Below are positions 41,224 through 50,873 of a stretch of 64,000 nucleotides of DNA, piece by piece (position 1 is the first letter of the stretch; each line of letters opens with the position of its first letter). The notes beneath the pieces were generated by a model that saw only the letters and a program-made list of their open reading frames with translations, was not told the DNA's origin and did no database searches. Position numbers and translations under genes: made by a program. Where the stretch lies: contig OY969100.1 in the NCBI GenBank assembly GCA_963697895.1, positions 1,728,001 through 1,792,000 of the forward strand, written 5' to 3'. The stretch comes from an uncultured Methanomicrobiales archaeon (GTDB lineage Archaea > Halobacteriota > Methanomicrobia > Methanomicrobiales > Methanospirillaceae).

Positions 41224-41961
41224 TCATCTCTGCAACCCTTTTCCTGAACAGTCCCCACAGTGAGGGTTCCTTTCGACCGGAATCTCCTCGAGCATGCACG
41301 AGAGCCCATCCCACAGGAGTAACCGGTTCTCAAGAAGGGTCCCCAAACTGAGCAGATACTTCAGCACTTCATGGGCCTGTATCAGTCCGATAATACCCGG
41401 GGCTACACCAACAACAGGAAATGTTTCTCTCGGCGGTGGATGGGGAAAAATACACCGCAGACATGCAGTTTTCCCGGGAATGATCGTGGTTATCTGACCC
41501 GCGAATCCGTGTATCGCACCGTGGATGAGAGGGATGTTGTGATCAATCGCGGCACAGTTCAGGATATACCGGGTGGGGTAATTATCCATTGCATCAACGA
41601 TGACATCCATATCGTCGAGTAATGGATCGATGCTCTGTGAATCAATGGTGATCCTGCGTGCATCAACCAGGACATACGGGTTTATCTGAGAAAGTTTTTC
41701 CCTGGCCGAATCTGCTTTCAGCACCCCGATATCCTGTTCCCGGTGCAAAATCTGCCGGTTGAGATTTGAGCGCTCTACCCGGTCATGATCCACGATACGG
41801 AGATGCCCCACTCCCGCAGCAGCAAGATAGTATGCTACCGGGGATCCGAGGCCTCCTGCCCCTGCAATAAGGACTGCCGAGTCCTTTAAGGCCGTTTGGC
41901 CTCTTTCCCCGAAGAGCAACATCTGTCTATGGTATCGCTCCGTTTCCCGGTGAGATAGCAT
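41224..41961 (-). CDS. moeB: MoeB/ThiF/UbaA E1-like adenylyltransferase
   Basis: GAGGLG, DHDRVERSNLNRQ, CLRC, CGDC. Confidence 0.92.
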   Translation of the reverse strand: MLSHRETERYHRQMLLFGERGQTALKDSAVLIAGAGGLGSPVAYYLAAAGVGHLRIVDHDRVERSNLNRQILHREQDIGVLKADSAREKLSQINPYVLVDARRITIDSQSIDPLLDDMDVIVDAMDNYPTRYILNCAAIDHNIPLIHGAIHGFAGQITTIIPGKTACLRCIFPHPPPRETFPVVGVAPGIIGLIQAHEVLKYLLSLGTLLENRLLLWDGLSCMLEEIPVERNPHCGDCSGKGLQR

Positions 41962-41973
41962 TCGGGTCCCCTG

Positions 41974-42435
41974 TTACTCCTTTGCGGTATCTATTTTAGG
42001 GATCTCCGGATGAGGTTCGCACTTGGGATCGTCACCATGGCGATGGCTGGTCTCCTCCCATGGTTCGAGACCATGGTTCACCCGGTAATCATTGATCGCC
42101 TTATGGATCCCTTCTTCAGCCAAGACTGAGCAATGCATTTTTATCGGGGGAAGACCTTCCAACGCTTCTGCGACCGCTTTGTTGCTCACAGTCCATGCTT
42201 CTTCAAGGGTCTTTCCCTTGATCAGCTCGGTGGCCATGCTGCTTGATGCGATCGCTGCCCCGCAACCGAACGTCTTGAATTTCGCATCAACAATACGATT
42301 GTTCTCGATCTTAAGGAAGATCTTCATAATATCCCCGCATATAGGATTGCCAACCTCGCCAACCCCGTCTGGGTTTTCTATCTCCCCCACATTTCGCGGA
42401 TTGGCGAAATGGTCCATCACCTTTTCGCTATACAT
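41974..42435 (-). CDS. iscU: Fe-S scaffold IscU/NifU
   Basis: YSEKVMDHF.NPRNVG, GNPICGD, TFGCGAAIA, LPPIKMHCS. Confidence 0.95.
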   Translation of the reverse strand: MYSEKVMDHFANPRNVGEIENPDGVGEVGNPICGDIMKIFLKIENNRIVDAKFKTFGCGAAIASSSMATELIKGKTLEEAWTVSNKAVAEALEGLPPIKMHCSVLAEEGIHKAINDYRVNHGLEPWEETSHRHGDDPKCEPHPEIPKIDTAKE

Positions 42436-43621
42436 GGCAATCTTTCTCCGTGGGGGAATAGAGCGGGGACATCGCACGCAATTTTGTTACCACCTGTGGT
42501 ACCACCTCAAGTACCTTGTCGACATCATCACGGGTATTTTCCTCTCCCAGTGTGAACCGGAGAGATCCATGTGCAACTTCATGGGGGAGACCGATTGCCA
42601 TCATCACGTGCGAAGGTTCAAGCGACCCTGAAGTGCAGGCGCTTCCCGTCGATGCACAGATGCCGTATCCATCGAGGAGTAGGAGCATTGACTCTCCCTC
42701 GACAAATTCCACACTCACGTTCACATTCCCAGGCAACCGCAGGTTGGAATGTCCGTTCAGCCGGGTGTGCGGGATTGTGCTGAGTATTCCATTAATCAGG
42801 CGATCACGCAGGTTCCGGAGCCTTTCAGCTTCTTCCTTCCTGTTTCGTATGGCGATATCGAGCGCTGTTGCCAGCCCCACGATCCCGGCAAGGTTCTCCG
42901 TACCTGCTCTCCGGTTCCGCTCCTGGCCCCCACCCTGAAGAAGGGGATCGATCTTCGTCCCTCTCCTGATATAGAGGACGCCCATTCCTTTCGGCCCATA
43001 GAATTTGTGCGCTGATATGGAGAGCAGGTCAATGTTATCTTCCTTCACCGATACAGGAATATGCCCGACTGCCTGGACAGCATCGGTGTGAAAAGGAATC
43101 CCGTGACTTCGGGCAATACTGCCGATTTCCCGTGTTGGTTCAATCGTCCCGATCTCGTTATTTGCTGTCATGATCGAAATGAGGATGGTCCTGTCGGTGA
43201 TGGAATCTTCAAGGAGTTTCGGATCAATAAGTCCGGATGCGTCAACCGGTAGGAAGGTGACTCGAAATCCCTGCTTTACCAAATACTGTGCTGGATAGAG
43301 CACAGCGTGATGCTCGATTGCAGAGGTGATGATATGGTCTCCTTTTTTCCGGTTTGCATAGGCAATACCTTTCAATGCCCAATTATCCGACTCCGTTCCA
43401 CCGGATGTAAAATAAATCTCTCCCGGCTCTGCACCCAGCGCACGGGCAACCACTTCACGGGCCGATTCAACAACTTTTTTCGATTCCCGTGCTATGGAAT
43501 AGATCGAAGAGGGGTTCCCGAAACGGTCATGAAAATACGGGAGCATGGCCTCCATGACTTCAGGTTTTACTGAAGTGGTAGCGGCATGATCCATGTAGAT
43601 GAGTTTTTGATCAGGTGTCAT
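42428..43621 (-). CDS. iscS: Group I cysteine desulfurase IscS/NifS
   Basis: YMDHAATT, SGGTESDN, SAHKFYGPKG, STGSACTSG. Confidence 0.95.
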   Translation of the reverse strand: MTPDQKLIYMDHAATTSVKPEVMEAMLPYFHDRFGNPSSIYSIARESKKVVESAREVVARALGAEPGEIYFTSGGTESDNWALKGIAYANRKKGDHIITSAIEHHAVLYPAQYLVKQGFRVTFLPVDASGLIDPKLLEDSITDRTILISIMTANNEIGTIEPTREIGSIARSHGIPFHTDAVQAVGHIPVSVKEDNIDLLSISAHKFYGPKGMGVLYIRRGTKIDPLLQGGGQERNRRAGTENLAGIVGLATALDIAIRNRKEEAERLRNLRDRLINGILSTIPHTRLNGHSNLRLPGNVNVSVEFVEGESMLLLLDGYGICASTGSACTSGSLEPSHVMMAIGLPHEVAHGSLRFTLGEENTRDDVDKVLEVVPQVVTKLRAMSPLYSPTEKDCHV

Positions 43622-43720
43622 ATCATTCGATCTCTCAAGTTTTCAGGATTCTGAGCGCTTGTCTGAGTCATCAATCACTTAAATTGGTGCCATAATGGTA
43701 TCTCAGGTTAAGCACGACAA

Positions 43721-43734
43721 TTCACAATTGTGAA
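43721..43734. promoter_or_regulatory. Palindromic operator TTCACAATTGTGAA (site 1), between divergent iscS and the APS-reductase-like::sufS gene
   Basis: Perfect 14-bp palindrome (16 bp with flanks), intergenic. Confidence 0.85.
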
Positions 43735-43936
43735 TGCGTATTCAAATGTTGTGAGTGAGTGCATTTAATTGTTCTGTTTGAAGTTCCCAAAAATAATTCA
43801 GAGAAGACAATAACCTGGATTTTCATAACAGCTCCCGGAATTCTTACCTCAAGTCCGAGCTTGACGGTAATACCATGGGGTAGGTGCTCCCTCCTGGACA
43901 CTGATATTATCAAGCTGCCATGTGCACCTTATAGTG

Positions 43937-46564
43937 ATGCGGGATCCCCCGGTGAAAAAGACGCTCTATTGGTGCGACCACTGCGATGTCCCCCTGATCG
44001 GTAAGCATTGCGGATGCGGAAATACGGGAAGGGCGATCTCCCTGCTACAGCCCTATGATGTCCGTCCCGCCCTATCCCATGACACGGAGTTGATCTATTC
44101 GCTTATCAACGAGCGGTTTGGAGATTTACGCCTTCCACAAGTCATTCTTTTGAACAAAACAGGAGGAATTGACCGGAATGACCTGGTGATAACCCATGGA
44201 GAACGATTGGGGTGGCTCTCATTCGATCCGGTAAGCCGGAAGTTCCGGTTTGACCTTGCGCCAGAGGGACTCCCGTTCATCCTTTCGGAAATGAAAAGAG
44301 GAATAATCGATCTCGAGGCCGCGATTCCTTCTTCAGAAGGGAAGCCCTCAGGGAGGATTGGAGGCAAGCGGTTCAGGGTTACAACCCAGGAGCAGGATGG
44401 AACTGTTATCGTGCGGTATCGTAAACAGTTTGGTACTGGAGTCCTGAAGAATGGATATTTGAGGGTAAAGGAGCTGGGAACGGTACCGGAACGGGAATCC
44501 CCCGACCCGGGCTGGGATGTTGTGGTGGCCAGGAATCAGTACCACTTGAAAAACCTGGAGAGAAACGCGATACGGGCTATCCGCCAGCATATGCATGATC
44601 GCCCGAGGGTGAATGTATCATTTTCCGGGGGAAAGGACAGTACCGCGGTCCTTGCACTCGCTCGCAAGGCCGGTGTCCACGAAGCTTTCTTCATCGATAC
44701 CGGGATCGAATTCCCAGAGACCTTGGCATTTATTGAAAAACAGGGGGTAAAGATCGTCAGGAGAGGTGGGGATTTCTGGAGTGCCGTTCAGAAGGCCGGA
44801 CCACCGGCAAAAGATCGCAGATGGTGCTGCAAACTCCTGAAATTGAATCCACTGAAACTACATCTGGCTGAAACGGGCCCCTGTGTCACCATCCAGGGAA
44901 ACCGGTGGTATGAGTCGTGGAACAGGGCAGACCTAGACATCACCAGCCAGAACCCGGCCAATCCACTCCAGCTGAATATCTCGCCAATCCGAAATTGGCG
45001 GGCACTTGAAGTGTACCTCTACCTCTGGTGGCAGAGGATCCCCTACAATCCCCTATACGACCAGGGGCTTGAGCGGATCGGTTGTTACCTCTGCCCCGCC
45101 ATGCTCGAGAGCGAATCTGAACAACTCGAGAAGATACACCCTGAATTTGCGTCGCGATGGAATGATTTTCTCAGAGGTTGGGAAGATTCCCGGGGGCTTC
45201 CCCGTGAGTATCACAAATGGGGCCTTTGGCGTTGGAAGGAACTCCCTCCCAAGATGAAGGGACTCTGCGAAACCCATGGGATCGTGCTTCAGGAAAACCC
45301 TGTTGCTATCCGCCGGACAACTCCCTCCCCTTATGCGGTCTCCGGGAATGTCGCAGTGCCGAAAAAGGAAGATGATAGTATGATCTATGAAGATGTCAGG
45401 AAGGATTTCTCGCTGGTCGCCGACATTATCTACCTGGACAGCGCCGCGACCAGCCTCTCACCGGAACCGGTGCTGGAGGCAGTCCTTGAATTCGAAAGGA
45501 ACTATCGGGCGAACGTCGGTCGGGGGGTGCACCGATTGGCGCAGATAGCCACCCAGCGGTACTGGCACGCCCATGAGAAAGTTGCCCGTTTCATCGGCGG
45601 GGAGAATGGCACCACGGTGTTTACCAAGAATACCACGGAAGCCATCAACATGGTCGCCCGAGGCCTGGGGTTGCGGAAGGGGGACAGGGTTGTCACCACC
45701 ATCCTCGAGCACCATTCAAACCTCGTCCCCTGGATGCATCTCAGGCAAGAAGGAGTAGACCTCGAGATCGTGGGGATCAACAGAGACTATAGTTTGAATC
45801 TATCAGCACTCGAGGCTGCGGTCACCGATTCAACAAGGCTGGTCACTCTATCCCATGTGTCCAATGCCCTTGGGGTGATCTGTCCCGTCGAAGAGGTGGC
45901 CCGGATCTGCCGGGACCAGGGGGCACTCCTCCTCATTGATGGATCCCAGTCCGTCCCACACCTACCCCTAGATATACATCGTATCGGGGCTGATTTTCTC
46001 TGCTTCTCGGGGCACAAGATGCTCGGACCGACCGGAACAGGCGTGCTCTGGATGAAAGAGCCGGTAATTGCGCCAAGCGACCTGGGAGGAGGGATGATCG
46101 ATACCGTATCAGAGGGGGGATACACCCTCGCCGAAGGATACCAGCGGTATGAAGCCGGCACTCCGAACATCAGTGGTGGAATTGGCCTTGGTGCTGCTGT
46201 CGATTACCTGAAAAGGGTAGGTATGGACAAGATAAGGAGCTCTGAAGAACGTCTGACAACACGGCTTATCGAAGGGCTCCGTTCCATCGACGGGGTAACA
46301 GTCTATGCGCATGACGATCCTGCACGGCGAATCGGAGTCGTTTCATTCACCGTTTCAGGATTCCATCCCCACGAGGTGGCACAGGCACTCGATGAACAGG
46401 CCGATATCATGGTCCGGTCTGGGCATCACTGCTGCATGCCCCTCATGCAGCGACTAGGCCTGCCGGATGGCACAATCAGGGCAAGCCTTTACCTCTACTC
46501 TGCGAATCACGAGGTCGATACTCTCCTCGCGACGGGGAAGGACATTGCGAGAAGTCGTTTATAA
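43937..46564 (+). CDS. Fusion: Zn-ribbon + PAPS/APS-reductase-family domain + SufS-type cysteine desulfurase
   Basis: WCDHC..HCGC; SFSGGKDS, RWCCK, RIGCYLCP; then YLDSAAT, FSGHKMLGPTG, EAGTP, RSGHHC; no stop between domains. Confidence 0.88.
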   Translation: MRDPPVKKTLYWCDHCDVPLIGKHCGCGNTGRAISLLQPYDVRPALSHDTELIYSLINERFGDLRLPQVILLNKTGGIDRNDLVITHGERLGWLSFDPVSRKFRFDLAPEGLPFILSEMKRGIIDLEAAIPSSEGKPSGRIGGKRFRVTTQEQDGTVIVRYRKQFGTGVLKNGYLRVKELGTVPERESPDPGWDVVVARNQYHLKNLERNAIRAIRQHMHDRPRVNVSFSGGKDSTAVLALARKAGVHEAFFIDTGIEFPETLAFIEKQGVKIVRRGGDFWSAVQKAGPPAKDRRWCCKLLKLNPLKLHLAETGPCVTIQGNRWYESWNRADLDITSQNPANPLQLNISPIRNWRALEVYLYLWWQRIPYNPLYDQGLERIGCYLCPAMLESESEQLEKIHPEFASRWNDFLRGWEDSRGLPREYHKWGLWRWKELPPKMKGLCETHGIVLQENPVAIRRTTPSPYAVSGNVAVPKKEDDSMIYEDVRKDFSLVADIIYLDSAATSLSPEPVLEAVLEFERNYRANVGRGVHRLAQIATQRYWHAHEKVARFIGGENGTTVFTKNTTEAINMVARGLGLRKGDRVVTTILEHHSNLVPWMHLRQEGVDLEIVGINRDYSLNLSALEAAVTDSTRLVTLSHVSNALGVICPVEEVARICRDQGALLLIDGSQSVPHLPLDIHRIGADFLCFSGHKMLGPTGTGVLWMKEPVIAPSDLGGGMIDTVSEGGYTLAEGYQRYEAGTPNISGGIGLGAAVDYLKRVGMDKIRSSEERLTTRLIEGLRSIDGVTVYAHDDPARRIGVVSFTVSGFHPHEVAQALDEQADIMVRSGHHCCMPLMQRLGLPDGTIRASLYLYSANHEVDTLLATGKDIARSRL

Positions 46565-46629
46565 AACCCTGGCGTGAACCTTACAGGACCGCGATTTTCC
46601 GATCTAATATCCTGATAACTAGATCCTGT

Positions 46630-47613
46630 TCACACATCCCGGAAAGGCGTGAGATCGCACCCGGTACAGGGGAGGCACATCGTCTTTGCTGCACGGGGGT
46701 CAAGATTAAACTCAGCAAGAAGAGCCTTTTGCATCCGTGCCAGCCGGAGCAGGCGATCGGGCGAGGGTCTATTGACTTTCACCTCGCCAGCCCTGAGCGG
46801 GGAAGCGGAGATTGGTCGAAGGATAGGGATCACTCCCCGTTCGGCCAAAAGCCTCACGCCTTCCCTGACGCAGGCATCATCTTCCCCAAGCCCGATGATG
46901 AAATTGGAAAAGACTGCATTCTTCCCGAAAATCTCCACGGCATGCTCCAGGGAGGCAATGATGAACTCAAGGGAGAGGCCTGGGCAGACCCGTGCAAAGA
47001 TATCCCGGTCTGTGGTCTCAACATTTTACTTGATCTCGTCAGCCCCGGCAGCAGCAAGGATTTCTGAGGAAGTGGTTGTCGGGTATACCGAGACCCCGAT
47101 GGGGAGATCGAATTGTTCCCGGAGCACTCTCACAACCTCTGCCATTCTTAAAACCTCCTTCCCGGGCGTATCGGCAACCCCGCTTGTCAATGAAATTGCT
47201 TTAAGGGTCCCCCCGGCAGCAGCCTCTTCGACCTTTCTTAAGACGGTTGCTCTTCCCTTGATCTTCCCCTGCAGTCTTGGCACCGGGCAGAACTTGCAAT
47301 CATAGATGCACCGCTCGCTGATAGTAATGTACGCCTGATCGGGGCAGTGACAGAGTGATGGTTCAAGCGTTCCATGGGTGATCTCAGTACCGTTCAGGAC
47401 CGCTACTACCCGGTTTCCATCGGGCATAATGTTAAGTGAAGATGCCGGATTGATGGAGAGCCGGACACGGTGATCCCCGGACCGGAGAAAGAAGGAGGCC
47501 CCTCCCGCGCCGGGACCTGCTGTAGCAGTCGTCTTCAGGGACCCTGTGATAAGCGCCTCATCGATCCGTGCACTCCCGATGCTTAGCAGTAGGGCTTTTT
47601 CCTCAGGGGTCAT
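46630..47613 (-). pseudogene. Biotin-synthase-related radical SAM protein interrupted by an in-frame TAA at 47026-47028
   Basis: CIYDCKFC core and C-terminal CLPCTGC; both halves are in the same frame and read EIK*NVET. Confidence 0.75.
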
Positions 47614-47762
47614 GGTATGATATTCCTCTGGTTACAAAGATCCTCTGATCGAGGGTGATCGGTCTCCGGTATTGGAATGGAGAGTAGGCCCACGACGAGA
47701 GATGACTGTCTGTTCCTGATTTCGGCTGTTCAGGATGGGTATCCGGATGCTCGTCTGATGCA

Positions 47763-47804
47763 TTCACAATTGTGAATTACAATACAATGATTAACAATTG
47801 TGAA
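47763..47804. promoter_or_regulatory. Operator pair: TTCACAATTGTGAA (47763-47776) and TTAACAATTGTGAA (47791-47804)
   Basis: 28-bp spacing; the second site abuts TATATA (47805-47810); between divergent radical SAM and nadA. Confidence 0.85.
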
Positions 47805-47907
47805 TATATAACTCTGATGATCAAGTCCGGCCGCCAGCCATGAAAAACGTCCCTGGTTATGGCTGGACCAGTATAAAGGGAAGACCAGAGCAGACCTGAG
47901 GAGAAGA

Positions 47908-48819
47908 ATGACTGATCGCAACACGCTCCGGAGGGAGATCCTTTCCCTCAAAGAGGAATGGAACGTTATCATCCTTGCACATAACTACCAGAATGCCGAG
48001 GTTCAGGATATCGCCGATCTGGTCGGGGATTCGCTCGAACTTGCACGGGCTGCAGGGTCAATGGAAGGTGCGGTTATCGTGTTCTGCGGTGTTGACTTCA
48101 TGGCAGAGACGGCTTCGCTCCTTTCACCGGACAAGACGGTTCTTCTGCCAGCAATTGATGCCTGCTGCCCCATGGCAGAGATGGTGACCTCTGGCGAACT
48201 TGCCGTCTTGAAGGACAGGTATGCGGATGCCGCTGTGGTTTCTTACGTGAATACTACGGCCGAAGTGAAAGCGGTGAGTGACATTTGCTGCACCTCAGCC
48301 AATGCGGTTAAAGTGGTAGAATCTCTCCCTGAATCACGGGTTATCTTTGTTCCCGATCGGAACCTTGCCAGTTATGTTGCCCGACATACATCCAAAATAA
48401 TCCTTCCCTGGGATGGCTACTGTATTGTTCATGATCGCATCACTGTTGAGGATGTCCTCAGGGAGAAAGCCCAGCATCCTGATGCTGAATTGCTTGTCCA
48501 TCCCGAATGCCGTCCCGAAGTGGTTGACTGTGCTGACCACGTATTCTCCACTTCGGGAATCATCAGGCACACCTGCGAAAGCCAAAAAGAGGAGTTCATA
48601 ATCGGAACTGAAGTCGGGATCCTCCACCGGATGAAGAAACTCTGCCCTGAAAAACGAATTTTCCCACTCTCTCCAAAAGCAATATGTGCGAATATGAAGA
48701 AGATATCCCTCGAAAAGGTGCTTACAGCCATGGAAAGGATGGAACCACGGGTTACGGTTCCACCTGACATTGCAGCACCAGCCCGTCGGGCAATCGAACG
48801 GATGCTTGCGATCTCCTGA
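47908..48819 (+). CDS. nadA: Quinolinate synthase
   Basis: ILAHNYQ, VGDSL, CGVDFMAE, CPMA, YVNT, CTSANA, CIVH, HPEC, CANMK. Confidence 0.96.
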   Translation: MTDRNTLRREILSLKEEWNVIILAHNYQNAEVQDIADLVGDSLELARAAGSMEGAVIVFCGVDFMAETASLLSPDKTVLLPAIDACCPMAEMVTSGELAVLKDRYADAAVVSYVNTTAEVKAVSDICCTSANAVKVVESLPESRVIFVPDRNLASYVARHTSKIILPWDGYCIVHDRITVEDVLREKAQHPDAELLVHPECRPEVVDCADHVFSTSGIIRHTCESQKEEFIIGTEVGILHRMKKLCPEKRIFPLSPKAICANMKKISLEKVLTAMERMEPRVTVPPDIAAPARRAIERMLAIS

Positions 48820-48971
48820 GCCTAACCTTGGAACGGATATAGAGTCCTCTGACCTGCGGTCCCCCATGGCTGGGAAGAAGAATGATTCTGAAGGACCGTT
48901 AGCCGGTCGGAGGAGACTGAGACGATGAACGGTGTACGCTATAAGAATACCCGTTCATCCCTCTCAACCTC

Positions 48972-50009
48972 TCAATCGCTGCCGGTAACACTCTCGAAGA
49001 ATACAGGCCAGAAGGGGTCTTGCTCTGGCATGGCAATCTTTTCTCTTTGGCCATTCCTTCTCGTAATCTGTCTGTATCCGGGATCACCGGTGACCTTCCC
49101 GATAACTGATGCGGGGATGCCGGCACTTCTTAACGCCTCGATGATGCCGTCAGTAGATTCAGGTCCCGCGGTGATCAATAGTGATCCTTCTGCAATCGCC
49201 GCAACAGGATCTATCCCGAAATGATCGCAGACCATCTTTACTTCTTCGGGATAAATGAACCGGGCTTCATCAACTTCAATTCCCACTCCGCTAGCCTCGG
49301 CGATCTCGAACAGGCCGCCGATTACCCCGCCCTCGGTGGCATCGTGCATCGCCGTGACTCCCCCGGCAGCCATCGCGATAAGCGCATCATCAACCACGGT
49401 CATCTGATGGACAAGCTCTATGGCTTTGACTACGAGGGAGCCCGGATACTGATCACGGAGGTCATCTTCCCTGAGGACCGATAAGATACCGGCTGTCTCG
49501 ATGGCGGGTCCCTTGGTGAGAATCACTGTATCCCCGGGCCGTGCACCGGCCGGAGTGACATACTCACCTCGGCGTGAGATCGCAAATACCGTGATCCCCC
49601 CGATGGTCGGCGCTGCAAAGCCCGGGTAATGACCGGTGTGGCCCCCGACAATAGCAATCCCGAGATCACGTGCGGCACGGTCGATCGATTCCACTACGGT
49701 GATAAGATCCTCCCTGGAGAACTCTGGGGGCATCAGGAGGGAATAGGTCATATACTGTGGTTTCACTCCCATGACCGCGATATCGCTTGCGCCGATATGC
49801 ACGGTGTACCAACCGAACATCTCCAGGGGCTGGCCCGGAATTGCAAAGATGGGGTCTTCGGCAACGATCAAAACCTTTCCATCCCCGATATCAATGACCC
49901 CCGCATCAATGCCTGGCATCGGGGGAACGATGATATGTTCATCCTTCTTCCCGAGTTTCGGTAGAATGACCGATGAGAATGTGCTCCCGTCGATCTTCCC
50001 GATCTTCAT
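48972..50009 (-). CDS. AIR synthase/PurM-superfamily protein (HypE/ThiL-like)
   Basis: GIDAGVI, ASDIAVMG, VGGHT, GARPGD, AMHDATEGG. Confidence 0.8.
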   Translation of the reverse strand: MKIGKIDGSTFSSVILPKLGKKDEHIIVPPMPGIDAGVIDIGDGKVLIVAEDPIFAIPGQPLEMFGWYTVHIGASDIAVMGVKPQYMTYSLLMPPEFSREDLITVVESIDRAARDLGIAIVGGHTGHYPGFAAPTIGGITVFAISRRGEYVTPAGARPGDTVILTKGPAIETAGILSVLREDDLRDQYPGSLVVKAIELVHQMTVVDDALIAMAAGGVTAMHDATEGGVIGGLFEIAEASGVGIEVDEARFIYPEEVKMVCDHFGIDPVAAIAEGSLLITAGPESTDGIIEALRSAGIPASVIGKVTGDPGYRQITRRNGQREKIAMPEQDPFWPVFFESVTGSD

Positions 50010-50614
50010 TCAGACCGCCTCCGTTGATAGGCTCGTGCAATCCCTATCATCTCATCAACCACGGAGACAGGGTCTCTCCCCACAAGTACTGTAACCGGTT
50101 CCTTTCCTATGGCACCCGTCTCGTAGAAGAGATTAGGCACCCGGCCACCTGCAGCGCGGATCGCCTCTCCCACTTTCCATGGCATGGACGCCCCCTCTTC
50201 CTCCTTCATGTCATCTGGTTCATTTCTCCGGTCGATCACGCTGAAGATCCACCCTTTCTCCAGAGAATAATCCTTCAGCCAGGCAGCGAGTGCGGGGTCA
50301 TTTGCAAAATTGATCCCTGCCCTGATTGATGGATCCCTCTTGCGTAGTTCAAGCAAGAGCCGCGCCATGTGGCTCGATGCACCGAATCTTGGCATTCCCG
50401 CCGCATGCGGCATTCCGTTCACAACCGTGATCCTCCCGTCTATCGCAAGAACATCATCAGGACTCCGGGCACGTTCCTTCGCATACACGAGATTGGTTCT
50501 CACTTCAGGGATCAACGATGTAAATTCCCTGCAGGATTCAAGCATGTAGAGCGCAATGCGCATTTTTTCAAACATCGCAACCGCTTCTTCAGTATCGTCC
50601 TCTCCCTCCATCAT
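50006..50614 (-). CDS. Stand-alone ThiN-like (thiamine-phosphate synthase family) domain
   Basis: LIPEVRTN, GRIT, FGASSHMARLLL, DRRNEP, SMPW, GKEP. Confidence 0.85.
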   Translation of the reverse strand: MMEGEDDTEEAVAMFEKMRIALYMLESCREFTSLIPEVRTNLVYAKERARSPDDVLAIDGRITVVNGMPHAAGMPRFGASSHMARLLLELRKRDPSIRAGINFANDPALAAWLKDYSLEKGWIFSVIDRRNEPDDMKEEEGASMPWKVGEAIRAAGGRVPNLFYETGAIGKEPVTVLVGRDPVSVVDEMIGIARAYQRRRSE

Positions 50615-50744
50615 GGAAACTCCCTTCGAATTCTGTCTTATGTAATAGATCGGTCTGGTTCCGGGTTATTATGCAGGGGGATCTCAGAGCACGGGATGGA
50701 CGATTGAATCCATTCCTGCCTGGTCGCCCATGTATCCAGAACAT

Positions 50745-50758
50745 TTCACAATTGTGAA
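50745..50758. promoter_or_regulatory. Palindromic operator TTCACAATTGTGAA upstream of the thiN-like unit
   Basis: Perfect copy directly downstream of a minus-strand TATA-like AGTATATC (50761-50768). Confidence 0.85.
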
Positions 50759-50873
50759 TTGATATACTTTGCCACCGTACACTTCTCATACACTCGACAG
50801 AGCCCTGATTAGAAATACGTTCCTTGCTTTGGGGATCTTGCACTGCAGTACGAGGCTTGCAGGGTAGTGTTCA

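Noticed and set aside
47026-47028. Selenocysteine/pyrrolysine recoding in the radical SAM gene
   Set aside because: The codon is TAA at a probable Tyr position, not TGA or TAG
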